Positions 18,768 to 28,632 are shown, counted from the stretch's first letter. The stretch is 64,000 nt of DNA from an uncultured candidatus Porisulfidus sp. (GCA_965215125.1 OZ244052.1:832713-896712); one strand, 5' to 3'. Program-made: numbers and translations. The notes: generated from the letters alone by a model not told the origin.

Positions 18768-20462
18768 CTAACGAGTATGCGCTTCGAGCATCTGTTGGGC
18801 GTGGGCTAACGATTGCTTGCTGATTTTCGTACCTGCTAGCATTCGCGCAAGTTCTTGCAATCTAGGTTGTTTGTCTAGTTTGCTCAGTGATACCGATGTG
18901 GTTTTGTCTTTGGTGTTTTTCTGCACATAAAAGTGATGGTCTGCTTGACTTGCGATTTGAGCTAGATGGGTAATGCAAAATACTTGCGCTTGTGAGGATA
19001 ACTTTCTCAGCAGACGACCGACAATTTCTGCAGTAGCACCGCCGACCCCGCTATCCACCTCATCGAATATCAGCACCGGTATCATGCGCTGATTAGAAAG
19101 CGCAACCTGCAGTGCCAAGCTGATACGGGATCGCTCTCCACCCGATGCAGCTTTTGCTAAGCTCTGCAGTTTTTGTCCGGGATTGGCACACAGCATATAT
19201 TCAATGCGCTCGGTACCGTTCGGTGAAGGGTCGGAGGAATCCAAGGCACTAAAGTTTATTTTGAATTGTGCTTGCGGCATATTCAGTTGTTTTAGCAACT
19301 CCAGTACTTCTTTTTCCAGTATTTGTGCAGATTCCCTTCGGGTGTGGCCCACCTTGCCGGCAATTTTTTTATAATCCTCTTCCAGTGCCGATTTTTTGCT
19401 CCGGAGTTGCTCTATACTTTGTTCGGGATTATCCAATGCCTTTAACTCGGCGCGTGTTTGTTCCAATTTCTCGGGTAATAGATCGGCGCGTGTTTTATAT
19501 TTGCGGGCAAGTTCGGTCAAAGTGGCAAGGCGTCTTTCCAATGCTTCAAAATCGCCTTGCGCCGTATCTATACGGTCTAGATATTGTCTGATTTCGTGTG
19601 CTGCGTTATTGCCATGTTCAAGGGCATTGCCAATCAATCCGGCAATTTCTCGTAAATTAGTATCTATGTCGCCTAAAGACTGAAGCTCCCTATGTGCAAG
19701 ACCTAACAGCCGTATTGCGTTTTGATCGGATTCGGCATCCAAAGCACCGTATGCCGTAGAAAGTGCCTGTTTAATCTTTTCAGTTTGTGAAAGTACACGA
19801 TGTTCTTGCTCTATTTGTTCAAACTCACCCGGCGTAATCTTTGCTTTTTCTAGTTCTTCGCATTGTAGTAGTAACCATTGGTGTTTGATTTCCGTTTCTT
19901 GCGATTGTTGTTGTTTATGATTTAATTGATCGGCAATCGCTTTCCATTGCTGATAGATCGTTTGCATTTCCGCCAACTGCGGTTCATGGTTGCTATAAAG
20001 GTCTAATAAAGCCAAATGTCGCGAACGATCCAATAGCTGTTGCTGATTGTTTTGACCGACCACATCTATCAATAGTGTCGTGAATTCTCTTAGTTGTTCC
20101 AAAGTTGAAAGTACCCCGTTGATGAATGTCTGAGAACGACCGTCAACATTTATAACTCTCCTGATAATGCAGTCGTTACCCTCGCTTTCCATGCTTCGTT
20201 CTTTGAGCCATTGAGTTGCAATCGGCTGTTCGCTGAGCTCCACACCGATACTTACGGAGAGTTTGTCGGCACCGGGGCGCACCAGATGGCTTTGTGCGCG
20301 CCGACCCAAAGCGAGTTCCAACGCGTCTATCAGTATAGACTTGCCGGTGCCGGTTTCGCCGGTCAAAACCGTCATGCCACGTTCAAAATAAACTTCTACC
20401 CGTTCTACGATTAAGAAATTCTCTATCGTTAATGCACTTAGCATCAATCTAAGGTTTGACAC
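18768..20462 (-). CDS. recN: DNA repair protein RecN
   Basis: 564 aa; SMC-like N-terminal Walker A (LTGETGTGKSIL), long coiled coil, C-terminal signature and Walker B region; nadK-recN adjacency as in E. coli. Confidence 0.9.
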   Translation of the reverse strand: MSNLRLMLSALTIENFLIVERVEVYFERGMTVLTGETGTGKSILIDALELALGRRAQSHLVRPGADKLSVSIGVELSEQPIATQWLKERSMESEGNDCIIRRVINVDGRSQTFINGVLSTLEQLREFTTLLIDVVGQNNQQQLLDRSRHLALLDLYSNHEPQLAEMQTIYQQWKAIADQLNHKQQQSQETEIKHQWLLLQCEELEKAKITPGEFEQIEQEHRVLSQTEKIKQALSTAYGALDAESDQNAIRLLGLAHRELQSLGDIDTNLREIAGLIGNALEHGNNAAHEIRQYLDRIDTAQGDFEALERRLATLTELARKYKTRADLLPEKLEQTRAELKALDNPEQSIEQLRSKKSALEEDYKKIAGKVGHTRRESAQILEKEVLELLKQLNMPQAQFKINFSALDSSDPSPNGTERIEYMLCANPGQKLQSLAKAASGGERSRISLALQVALSNQRMIPVLIFDEVDSGVGGATAEIVGRLLRKLSSQAQVFCITHLAQIASQADHHFYVQKNTKDKTTSVSLSKLDKQPRLQELARMLAGTKISKQSLAHAQQMLEAHTR

Positions 20463-21339
20463 TCCACATGAGCTTATTTCTAAGTGTGGTGAAATAGTCG
20501 TGCTCTAATGTTTGTATCAATTTTAGTTTATGGGGAAAGCGTCTGATGGCAATTTTATTACCGGTTTCAAGGTTGCGGGTTATTTGACCGTCTATAGCCA
20601 CGACCGCATCGCTGTGGTATCTTTCGGTTACCGAAACCTCTATAACCTTCCTTGAATCTATGACTAGTGGTCTTTGGCTTAGCGTATGCGGGCAGATAGG
20701 CACCCATAGTATCGCTTCCATAGTCGGTTCCAACAGCGGTCCGCCGTTTGCCAAAGCATAGGCGGTTGAACCTGTAGGTGTAGAAATAATAAGTCCGTCG
20801 CCGTGTATGGTGTTTAGATAAACCCCGTCCACCTGCGTATCTAACTCAAGCATACGCACAGTATTTTTGTTGCGCATTGCAACATCGTTGCATGCGATAA
20901 AGTTCTCGGTACCGCCCTCACTACCGTGCAACATTACTTCGAGCATAATTCTTTCTTCCGTGCGATAGTCTCCTTCAAAGATAGCATCCAGTCGGCTGCG
21001 AAAATCATCCGGCGATATCTCTACGAGAAATCCCAATCTTCCCAAATTGATACCGACGATAGGAATATCGTACTCGCTACATAGGTGGCTCGCTTGTAAT
21101 AAAGTACCGTCGCCACCTATAGAAAAAGCGAGTTCGCACTGTTGCCTGAATTCTTCGGTGGATACAAACCTTATGCCTTCTTTATCGGGCGCGATAGCTT
21201 TATCCTCTTCCCGTACGACGATAGAGTCAAAACGTTGCAACAGATAGTCGCTCAAGCGTTTTGCCACCGCTTGCGTTTTGCTACGCTCGCTATATTTCAG
21301 AATCAAACCGACACATTTAATATCTTTGATGTTTTTCAT
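20449..21339 (-). CDS. nadK: NAD kinase
   Basis: 296 aa; GGDGTLL motif, NxGxLGFL, DGxxxxTxxGSTAY; overlaps the recN start by 14 bp. Confidence 0.9.
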   Translation of the reverse strand: MKNIKDIKCVGLILKYSERSKTQAVAKRLSDYLLQRFDSIVVREEDKAIAPDKEGIRFVSTEEFRQQCELAFSIGGDGTLLQASHLCSEYDIPIVGINLGRLGFLVEISPDDFRSRLDAIFEGDYRTEERIMLEVMLHGSEGGTENFIACNDVAMRNKNTVRMLELDTQVDGVYLNTIHGDGLIISTPTGSTAYALANGGPLLEPTMEAILWVPICPHTLSQRPLVIDSRKVIEVSVTERYHSDAVVAIDGQITRNLETGNKIAIRRFPHKLKLIQTLEHDYFTTLRNKLMWSVKP

Positions 21340-21436
21340 TCGTATACGGAGTAAGATGAATTAATGTTGCTTATTATAAAGGTATATCAACCTAAAGTAG
21401 AGGAGAATAGAACGACACTGTACTTGTGCGGATACG

Positions 21437-21550
21437 CCACAACCACCCCATGGAAAGGTTTTACATTTTGTATATATGCTAGGGTTTTGCACAATGTCAC
21501 GCCGATTGACCTACTGGCTCAATCGGCGGTTCTATTGCGCCTGCCATCCT
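21437..21550. repeat. composite repeat element (module b + module a, inverted orientation)
   Basis: cacaaccaccccatggaaaggttttacattttgtatat...ttgcacaatgtcacgccgattgacctactggctcaatcggcggttctattgcgcctgcca; gives rise to the spurious ORF 21364..21588. Confidence 0.8.
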
Positions 21551-21682
21551 TTCACAAGAGGGTAGTAACTCGCGCCATAGGACATTAAAAGCAACTGGTA
21601 CCACAAAGTAGTATAAAATTGCTTTATTGATTTGTACGCACCACACCGAGAAACCGATACCCGTATTATTTACATAGCATAC

Positions 21683-22543
21683 ATGAATATCAGATTTACA
21701 AAAATGCACGGTTGCGGCAACGATTTTATGTTAATCAACCGTCGCGAATATTCTACCCTGTTTGCTTTGGATGAAGAATCCATTCGCCGATGGGCGGATC
21801 GCCGTACCGGCGTCGGTTTTGACCAACTATTAATAATAGATAATCCTTCGCAATCGGGTGTTGATTTTGATTATCGCGTCTACAATGCCGACGGTAGCGA
21901 ATCGGCTCAATGTGGTAACGGCGCGCGGTGTGTAGCTCGCTTTGTTACCGAAAAGGGGCTGACCGATAAGAAAACGATACGGGTGCGCACGGTAGAGCGC
22001 ATCATAGAGATGGCTGTCCAGGATGATAATAACATCGCAGTTGATATGGGTGCGGTAGTATTTGACCCTGAGCGTATCCCGTTTAATCCTAGCGGGTTGG
22101 TTGCAGTCGGTGAACGGATAGAAGAGAAAATGTACACGGTTAAATCTCCCGCACTGGAAGTTTGCTTCGGAACTGTATCGTTCGGTAATCCCCATGCGGT
22201 CATCAAAGTCGAGAATATAAACACAGTGCCGATCGCCGAGATAGGTGCGGCTTTACAAACACATCGCTGTTTTCCGACTAGCGTCAATGTGTCTTTCGTG
22301 GAAGTACGAGATAATGTTTTGCATGCGCGGGTCTACGAGCGCGGCGCAGGTGAAACTCAATCATGCGGGAGCGGTGCTTGTGCGGTTGCAGTGATCGCTC
22401 GTATCCAAGGATGGATTCCTCAAACTATAGATTCGGTGCCGGTACGATTAACCGGAGGTTTGTTGAACATACGATTTGAGGAGAATAGAATTAAACTAGT
22501 AGGACCGGCGGAAGCGGTCTTTGAAGGTCGTATTAAGATATAG
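21683..22543 (+). CDS. dapF: diaminopimelate epimerase
   Basis: Start moved to the internal Met (MNIRFTKMHGCGNDFMLIN is the canonical DapF N-terminus); second active-site Cys region GNPH..SCGSGACA; followed by DUF484-xerC as in E. coli dapF-yigA-xerC. Confidence 0.9.
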   Translation: MNIRFTKMHGCGNDFMLINRREYSTLFALDEESIRRWADRRTGVGFDQLLIIDNPSQSGVDFDYRVYNADGSESAQCGNGARCVARFVTEKGLTDKKTIRVRTVERIIEMAVQDDNNIAVDMGAVVFDPERIPFNPSGLVAVGERIEEKMYTVKSPALEVCFGTVSFGNPHAVIKVENINTVPIAEIGAALQTHRCFPTSVNVSFVEVRDNVLHARVYERGAGETQSCGSGACAVAVIARIQGWIPQTIDSVPVRLTGGLLNIRFEENRIKLVGPAEAVFEGRIKI

Positions 22544-22546
22544 TTT

Positions 22547-23269
22547 ATGGTAGCAAAGAATAAAACTACAAGTATAGACGAGCAACAGGTCATAGACTTC
22601 CTAACTCGGCATACTAATTTTTTCAACGAGTACCCCGAGTTATTGCTTAAACTATCATTGCCGTACAAAGACGGCAAGGTGTTATCTCTATCTCAAAAGC
22701 AAGCAGAGGTTTTAAGAATGGAAACTGCCTCAATGCGAAAAAAGTATTCCCAACTTGAGCAGGAAATCACGACACAAATAGATATCGTCAAGGAAAACGA
22801 AAGGCTTAGCATTTGTTTGCATCGTTTGTCGCTAAAATTACTCCATAAACGAGAAGTTGAAGCCATCGTCTCCGAGACGATAAAAACATTGAGGGCACAA
22901 TTTCCCTCCAATCAAATTATTATTAGCCTGTTACCGCCATACTCCGATTCATCTAAAACAGCACGTGCGCTCAATGCAAACGATCCGATATTGAGGGCAC
23001 TGCTTGCATCGGTATTTAAGATCAACAAACCGGACTGTGGTCCGTTCAACGGTGCGGTTCAAAAAGCATTATTCGGAAACTTTGCGCAGCGCATACGCTC
23101 GTCTATCGTAATGCCGCTGAGATTCCATAACCAAAAGTTGGGGCTTTTATTGTTCGGCAGTCCTCGCCTGAATGCTTATGTCCCCGGTCAAAGCACAATG
23201 CTATTGGTACAGTACGGTGAATTGATTGCAGCGGCTATCGCAGCTTGTGCAAAAACCCGAAAGGACTGA
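22547..23269 (+). CDS. DUF484-family protein (YigA-like)
   Basis: 240 aa; coiled-coil N-terminus and a GAF-like C-terminus; conserved position between dapF and xerC. Confidence 0.65.
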   Translation: MVAKNKTTSIDEQQVIDFLTRHTNFFNEYPELLLKLSLPYKDGKVLSLSQKQAEVLRMETASMRKKYSQLEQEITTQIDIVKENERLSICLHRLSLKLLHKREVEAIVSETIKTLRAQFPSNQIIISLLPPYSDSSKTARALNANDPILRALLASVFKINKPDCGPFNGAVQKALFGNFAQRIRSSIVMPLRFHNQKLGLLLFGSPRLNAYVPGQSTMLLVQYGELIAAAIAACAKTRKD

Positions 23270-24198
23270 TGGGCCCTATTCAAGCGTGTGATCAGTTTCT
23301 TAACGCATTAAAAGCCGAACGAAACTATTCAAATCATACTATCGATAATTACCGTCGCGACATTCTACGCTTCCTGAAGTACATCTCGGAAATCGGAGCA
23401 GACTGGGGCAAACTGGAGGAAATACAGATATTAAACTATCTATCGTCGCGTCATACTTCCGGTATCAAAGGTAAAACACTCGCTCGAGAGTTATCGTCGC
23501 TGCGACACTTTTTTAGACATTGCATAGCGCAAGGCTACAACTGCAATTATCCGTTTGACGGAATTAAAGCACCCTTAGATCAAAAGAAGCTACCCAACAC
23601 ATTGAGTGTCGACCAAGTCTCGCAATTACTCGACCAAGGTCAAAGCGATTGCTCACCGTTGCTGATTAGAGATATAGCGATTATGGAATTGATTTATTCA
23701 TCGGGCTTGCGCTTGTCCGAACTGGTCTCGGTAGATTTGGGTAGCATTGATATGAGCAACCGGATGATCCGCGTGATGGGAAAAGGTAGTAAGGAGCGCG
23801 AGATACCGGTCGGCGTTCGTGCAATTAAAGCGATTGAAAGATGGCTAAAAATACGTCAAACGATAAGTTGTAGTGGCGAGAAAGCACTATTTTTGAGTCG
23901 CAACGGAAAACGCCTGAGCGCGCGCAACGTGCAGTTGCGCCTCAAGCAATACGCTCAATCTCAAGGCATGCAGCAACATCTGCATCCCCACAAACTTCGC
24001 CATTCTTTCGCAACGCATATTCTTGAATCGTCCGGTGATTTGCGCGCCGTGCAAGAACTATTAGGACACGCCGATATCGGTACGACACAAATATATACGC
24101 ACTTAGATTTTCAGCACCTTGCGAAAATCTACGACCAAGCGCATCCTCGTGCGCGTAAACAACAGCGCAGTAAAGATAAAAAGAGCAAAGAACACTGA
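23245..24198 (+). CDS. xerC: site-specific tyrosine recombinase XerC
   Basis: 317 aa; N-terminal core-binding domain (NTIDNYRRDI) and C-terminal catalytic R..HxxR..Y (HKLRHSFATHILE...IYTHL). Confidence 0.85.
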   Translation: MCKNPKGLMGPIQACDQFLNALKAERNYSNHTIDNYRRDILRFLKYISEIGADWGKLEEIQILNYLSSRHTSGIKGKTLARELSSLRHFFRHCIAQGYNCNYPFDGIKAPLDQKKLPNTLSVDQVSQLLDQGQSDCSPLLIRDIAIMELIYSSGLRLSELVSVDLGSIDMSNRMIRVMGKGSKEREIPVGVRAIKAIERWLKIRQTISCSGEKALFLSRNGKRLSARNVQLRLKQYAQSQGMQQHLHPHKLRHSFATHILESSGDLRAVQELLGHADIGTTQIYTHLDFQHLAKIYDQAHPRARKQQRSKDKKSKEH

Positions 24199-24210
24199 AA
24201 TCAAGTATAT

Positions 24211-24552
24211 CTACTTAGGTCTATAATCGGCGGAGGTTTCATTCACGGACACTCGCCTATGATCAAAAACCACATACTTTTCCTTGATGACTTTCTTAAA
24301 ATCATCCGATATGTTTTGCCAATCTAAAACATCTACTTTGAAAGGAAGATCCGATTCTTCAAAGTCAAATTTAAGTAAGTTCATAACCTGCAAAGGTATT
24401 TTGTTTTGTGAAACGATAGCCAAGTCAAGATCGGAACTATTATTCGCAGTCTGCTTTACGCGCGAACCGAAAACCCAAATCGTTGCATCGGGAACATGCT
24501 TTTTAAGAATACGCCGAACAATTTTCTCGTGACGAGGTCGCAGGCTAATCAT
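24211..24552 (-). CDS. minimal nucleotidyltransferase (MNT), antitoxin-type partner of HEPN
   Basis: 113 aa; pol-beta-type NTase motif GSRVKQTANNSSDLDLAIV (GS...DxD); overlaps the upstream HEPN gene by 8 bp. Confidence 0.7.
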   Translation of the reverse strand: MISLRPRHEKIVRRILKKHVPDATIWVFGSRVKQTANNSSDLDLAIVSQNKIPLQVMNLLKFDFEESDLPFKVDVLDWQNISDDFKKVIKEKYVVFDHRRVSVNETSADYRPK

Positions 24553-24958
24553 TTAATTTCCGTTCCATTTGTTTGAGGACATATTGAACCTCTTGCAGAA
24601 AATCATCGGTTGCGTAAAAAACTTGATCGGCAATGCTTAAATCGTAAGTATGGGAACTATTATCTCTATTATTTTTATAGACGAACCATTTCTCGGCATC
24701 CGATAAAATCCCTACTTTTTGACCGTAACGAAAGATATCCCGAATAGGCATTTGATCGAAGTTTTCGTCGTAATATTCCTTTAAGTAGCGAACCAGCATT
24801 TTGCGCGCCATTTCATAGCTAATAACAAATGCCTGAATAGCCCCTCTTTTTAGTGAGCGCTCGTGTTTTTCGTCCGTCCCCTTATATTTGTTATAGATAG
24901 TCAGAGACTCTTCCAATGCTACGATAGTTTTCTTAAAACTACTTAAATCAAGTGCCAT
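24545..24958 (-). CDS. HEPN-domain protein, HI0074-family nucleotidyltransferase substrate-binding protein (toxin-type)
   Basis: 137 aa; HI0074-like sequence and a C-terminal Rx4H HEPN motif (RDNSSH). Confidence 0.7.
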   Translation of the reverse strand: MALDLSSFKKTIVALEESLTIYNKYKGTDEKHERSLKRGAIQAFVISYEMARKMLVRYLKEYYDENFDQMPIRDIFRYGQKVGILSDAEKWFVYKNNRDNSSHTYDLSIADQVFYATDDFLQEVQYVLKQMERKLND

Positions 24959-25084
24959 AGGTTCCCATTCAATAATTAGAGATTTCGGAAAATATTTTTG
25001 TTAAATAAAACGATTTCCCATATCCCACATATTTTACCATTCCTTTGATTCGTGATAATTCATGGATGTATTCTGTACCGACAT

Positions 25085-25203
25085 AACGCTTTAAGGTTCT
25101 GCACAACGTCACACCAATAGACCTATCGGGCAGACATCATAATTGCCGATTGACCTACTGGTTCAATCGGCGGCTCTATACTGCCCCTACAAACTCAATC
25201 GGT
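25085..25203. repeat. repeat-family copy (module a variant, inverted)
   Basis: ggttctgcacaacgtcacacc...gccgattgacctactggttcaatcggcggctctatactgcccc...caatcggtggttc overlaps the 3-prime end of the glycosyltransferase gene. Confidence 0.7.
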
Positions 25204-26406
25204 GGTTCTCTTTTTTTCAATACCGGCAACCTTGTCATATCTAAGGGATTTTTTCCAGGCCTTATCCACTCTAGCTTTCCGTACAAGATCTTTTTGAGGA
25301 ATAGAAATATAATTTGAAATACTTTTATGATATCTGATTTTTCGGTTGTCCATAGAAACGATTTTTATTGCAGGATTAAAGAATCTAATAGTGTCTATAA
25401 AAAAAGAACCCACAGTGTAAATCATTTTGACTTTTGCTAATGTCAAAATGTCAATCAAAGCATCTTGTCTTTGTTGATGCCCTGCATACGGTTCATGGCG
25501 GTGTAGTGATCGCCTGTCCTTAGACCGTTTTATATCTCTGCTAATTACTCTACCGGAAAATGCTTCGTGTATTGCATCAACGAAATGTGTATTATCCGAA
25601 CATGCATAGATCTGACAATGATCATCTATTACTTGTTTAAGATAATCAATATAGCTATCTATGCTAATTATTCTATTTTCGTCAATAACATCGGTTTGAC
25701 GATAATGTACTCCTATACACTCTTCTTTAATATTTGCATTACTCCATTGATCCGCTTGCTGTTGTATTTCCTGCTTGATAGATAGCTTTGAAATTATTTT
25801 ATATCCGTATTCGCTGGAAATTTTAGACTTAGCGAATTCTTCCCATAGGCTAGGGTATATCTTTTCTCTATAACACAGATCCACCAGCGGTTTCTTTAAT
25901 TTTGTAAAATTCTCCGGATGGTATGTTTTTGCATAATTCAAAACAGGATTTTCAAAGAAATTGCTACCACCGGTGATAAAAGTATCGGGGAAAGTAAACT
26001 TGACATTAATGCCTAGTTTTTCACACAACCAAGCTACTCCAATTATTCTAGGAAAATAACTTCCTAGCGCAGGACAATCTATTTTTACATAAGCATAATC
26101 GGCCAAAGAGGTTTTGCGGTGCGCAGTATATTGTTTGAAGAAATCTTTATATAAAAAATCATATGCTTTTTTGACGGGTTCATAATTATATCTAAATTCA
26201 AACTCTATTTTTTCAGGGAATCCATTATTGAAACAAGCAAAAGGGTGTCGCATCAAAAACAAGGTGTTCCTAATCAATTGCCCATAGAATCTTTTATATC
26301 TAGTATTGGAGCACTGCTCGGAAACACAGAAAAAAACATAGGCAATTATTATTCTAGCTTTAAGTATGTGAAAGTAATTAGTGACTTTAAAAAACATTTT
26401 GTTCAA
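25195..26406 (-). CDS. fucosyltransferase-superfamily glycosyltransferase (FUT8/NodZ/GT11-like motifs)
   Basis: 403 aa, AT-rich; motif I IGVHYRQTDV (compare GVHVRRTDK); motif II IYACSDNTHFVDAIHEAF (compare FLATDDP...EA); motif III DILTLAKVKMIYTVGSFF (compare DIYILSQADFLVCTFSSQ); assignment by motif only. Confidence 0.45.
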   Translation of the reverse strand: MNKMFFKVTNYFHILKARIIIAYVFFCVSEQCSNTRYKRFYGQLIRNTLFLMRHPFACFNNGFPEKIEFEFRYNYEPVKKAYDFLYKDFFKQYTAHRKTSLADYAYVKIDCPALGSYFPRIIGVAWLCEKLGINVKFTFPDTFITGGSNFFENPVLNYAKTYHPENFTKLKKPLVDLCYREKIYPSLWEEFAKSKISSEYGYKIISKLSIKQEIQQQADQWSNANIKEECIGVHYRQTDVIDENRIISIDSYIDYLKQVIDDHCQIYACSDNTHFVDAIHEAFSGRVISRDIKRSKDRRSLHRHEPYAGHQQRQDALIDILTLAKVKMIYTVGSFFIDTIRFFNPAIKIVSMDNRKIRYHKSISNYISIPQKDLVRKARVDKAWKKSLRYDKVAGIEKKRTTD

Positions 26407-26517
26407 TAGACCAATTTTTGATATAGCGTATATTTTACTATCTTAAGGTGAGACAACCAAGTGTGTGCCGATGCATTGCGCCAATACGGACATTGTGTTT
26501 GCCCATTGAGCAGACAT

Positions 26518-27336
26518 TCAACGCTGACAACGCGGACAATAAAAGGTTGAACGTTGTGCGATGCGGATTAGCCTTATGGGTGTTCCACACGATAGACAGG
26601 GTTCATCGGCTCGTTGATAGACATTGAGTGCTTGCTTGAAATAACCAGGTCGTCCGTCTTCGGCAACAAAATTACGCAGTGTGGTGCCGCCTTCTCTGAT
26701 GGCGTTTTTTAATGTGACACGAACTGCCTCAACTATAGATCCATAACGAGTGCGTGAGATTCGCCCGGCAGCACGCACGGGATGTACACAAGCCTTATAA
26801 AGAGCTTCGTTCGCATAGATATTACCGATGCCGACAACAATACGACTATCCATCAAAAAACTTTTAATAGCAAGTTTGCGCCCTTGTGACATCCGATATA
26901 GATACTCACCGTTAAAGTCCGCACTCAACGGTTCGGGACCGAGGTCTCGCAACAACTTATGCTGCATCGGGTTTTTTGATGTCCACAAAATCAAACCGAA
27001 CTTTCTAGGATCGCAAAAGCGTAGTATACGGCTATCATCCATGCCGATATCTACGTGGTCATGCGGACCTGCAGTGCATGTTTTATCAAGTATACGCAGA
27101 CTACCCGACATACCTAAATGGTAAATCAGACAACCGAACTCAAACCTAATTAGCAGATATTTTGCGCGCCGCTCTATCGCCTTAATACAAAGTCCGTTAA
27201 TTCTTTGTTCTAGTCCTTTAGGTACCGGACAACGCAAACGCCTTTGACGTACGACGACCTTGCGTATACATCTGTCTATCAAGTGCAATGACAAGCCACG
27301 CCGAACCGTTTCTACTTCGGGAAGTTCAGGCATCAC
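26518..27336 (-). CDS. mutM: formamidopyrimidine-DNA glycosylase
   Basis: 272 aa; MPELPEVETVRRGL N-terminal catalytic Pro; C-terminal zinc finger CxxC...CxxC (CLSCGTPI...CPRCQ). Confidence 0.9.
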   Translation of the reverse strand: MMPELPEVETVRRGLSLHLIDRCIRKVVVRQRRLRCPVPKGLEQRINGLCIKAIERRAKYLLIRFEFGCLIYHLGMSGSLRILDKTCTAGPHDHVDIGMDDSRILRFCDPRKFGLILWTSKNPMQHKLLRDLGPEPLSADFNGEYLYRMSQGRKLAIKSFLMDSRIVVGIGNIYANEALYKACVHPVRAAGRISRTRYGSIVEAVRVTLKNAIREGGTTLRNFVAEDGRPGYFKQALNVYQRADEPCLSCGTPIRLIRIAQRSTFYCPRCQR

Positions 27337-28298
27337 TCATTTATAGGGTCGGATATAGCCATAGCCTCTATTTCCAGGAGTAGTTCGGTGCGGCACATCT
27401 GTCCTTCGAACACCTGCAATTCAATATCCAAACCTAAATGTCTATCAATCAGTGTAGCGATGTCTGCCGATACGCGCTTGTCTACATACAGTTTGATGTG
27501 TCGCAATCGTTCAATCGGCATTTTGCTATAACGATGTTCTGTTTTGGCTGCTTCGCTCAATAACGAGTTTAGATTATTTACTATCTCGTTTAATTGTGCG
27601 TCTGCATCACCCTCGTGCAAGCTCTCGTGGCCTACGATTGCAGCGGTGCCGGAGATATAAAGATGACTTTTGCCCCCCCATTGTTTTAGCGTTGCACGCG
27701 CAAACATAGGGGCTGGTTCTACATAGTGCTTGGGGTACATATACGGTAAAGTCTGACGAGGATTTTTGACGGCGATACCCGCTTTGCGAGCCGCAACAAA
27801 ATAGACTACGCCGTAGTGTGCCCCCGTTCCGATCACGGTGGCAGCGCAATAAGAATCCTCTTTATGCAAGGAAAAAGCCTGCGCCCTTGCATCGCAAAAC
27901 ACTTGATAATCGGATGGTTCGGCAAGTTGTGGCAAATAGTGCCAAACCCTCAACAACGAATAATGTTCCGAGTTTAATAGTTGCACCATATCTTTGTATG
28001 TTTCTCGCAAATCTTCGGCAATACGCTTTTGATCGAGTTCGGCATGCCCGAATAAAACGGCATCGTTGAAGGCATAAGATAATTTCCCGCGTTCTCCGAG
28101 ATGAACCGGTTGGTCGGCATACCAATTCTCAAAAGGTTGTATTTGACACAAAGGCATCAAGTTTGTTTTTATGACATCTTCGGGTGCGTATGCTTTCAGG
28201 GCAATGCTGGCGAGACGGCATGGATGGTCGGATGACAATGGCTCTTTTTCAAGCCGTATATCAAAAGGCATTTGGGGCTGTTGAAAGTGTATTGGCAT
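27333..28298 (-). CDS. FkbO/Hyg5/XanB2-like chorismatase candidate (N-terminal domain + RidA/YjgF-like C-terminal domain)
   Basis: 321 aa; the C-terminal about 110 aa (LYISGTAAIVGHE...NEIVNNLNSLL...IKLYVDKRVSAD...ELQVFEG...EIEAMA) fits the RidA/YjgF fold; the two-domain size matches the FkbO-family chorismatases; translationally coupled to mutM (4-bp overlap). Confidence 0.35.
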   Translation of the reverse strand: MPIHFQQPQMPFDIRLEKEPLSSDHPCRLASIALKAYAPEDVIKTNLMPLCQIQPFENWYADQPVHLGERGKLSYAFNDAVLFGHAELDQKRIAEDLRETYKDMVQLLNSEHYSLLRVWHYLPQLAEPSDYQVFCDARAQAFSLHKEDSYCAATVIGTGAHYGVVYFVAARKAGIAVKNPRQTLPYMYPKHYVEPAPMFARATLKQWGGKSHLYISGTAAIVGHESLHEGDADAQLNEIVNNLNSLLSEAAKTEHRYSKMPIERLRHIKLYVDKRVSADIATLIDRHLGLDIELQVFEGQMCRTELLLEIEAMAISDPINE

Positions 28299-28299
28299 C

Positions 28300-28630
28300 G
28301 CAAAAATAGAATCGCCGATTAAGCCGGTAGGTCAATCGGCGTGACTTTGTGCAGAACCTCAACATGATTGCTAAATGCATGCATTACAAAATGTAATAGC
28401 TGCTTGCGCCACCCAATTACGCAAACCACCTGCGCCGTATGGTTTTGGTTTCCATAAATCGGGTGGATGTATAAATTGTTCAGATACGACACAACCACCC
28501 CATGGAAAGGCTTTACATATTGTACTATGTACAAAGGTTCTGCACAAAGTGACACCACTTGTGCTACTGCAACAAGCGGTGGTTCTATTGCGCCTGCCAC
28601 CCCTCCACAGGAGGGGAATTGACTCGTGCA
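28300..28630. repeat. large composite repeat block (module a, module b, module a-inverted, module c-inverted)
   Basis: gccgattaagccggtaggtcaatcggcgtgactttgtgcagaacctcaacatg ... acacaaccaccccatggaaaggctttacatattgtactatgtacaaaggttctgcacaaagtgacaccacttgtgctactgcaacaagcggtggttctattgcgcctgccacccctccacaggaggggaatt; produces the overlapping spurious ORFs 28319..28642, 28371..28631 and 28375..28698. Confidence 0.8.
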
Positions 28631-28632
28631 AA

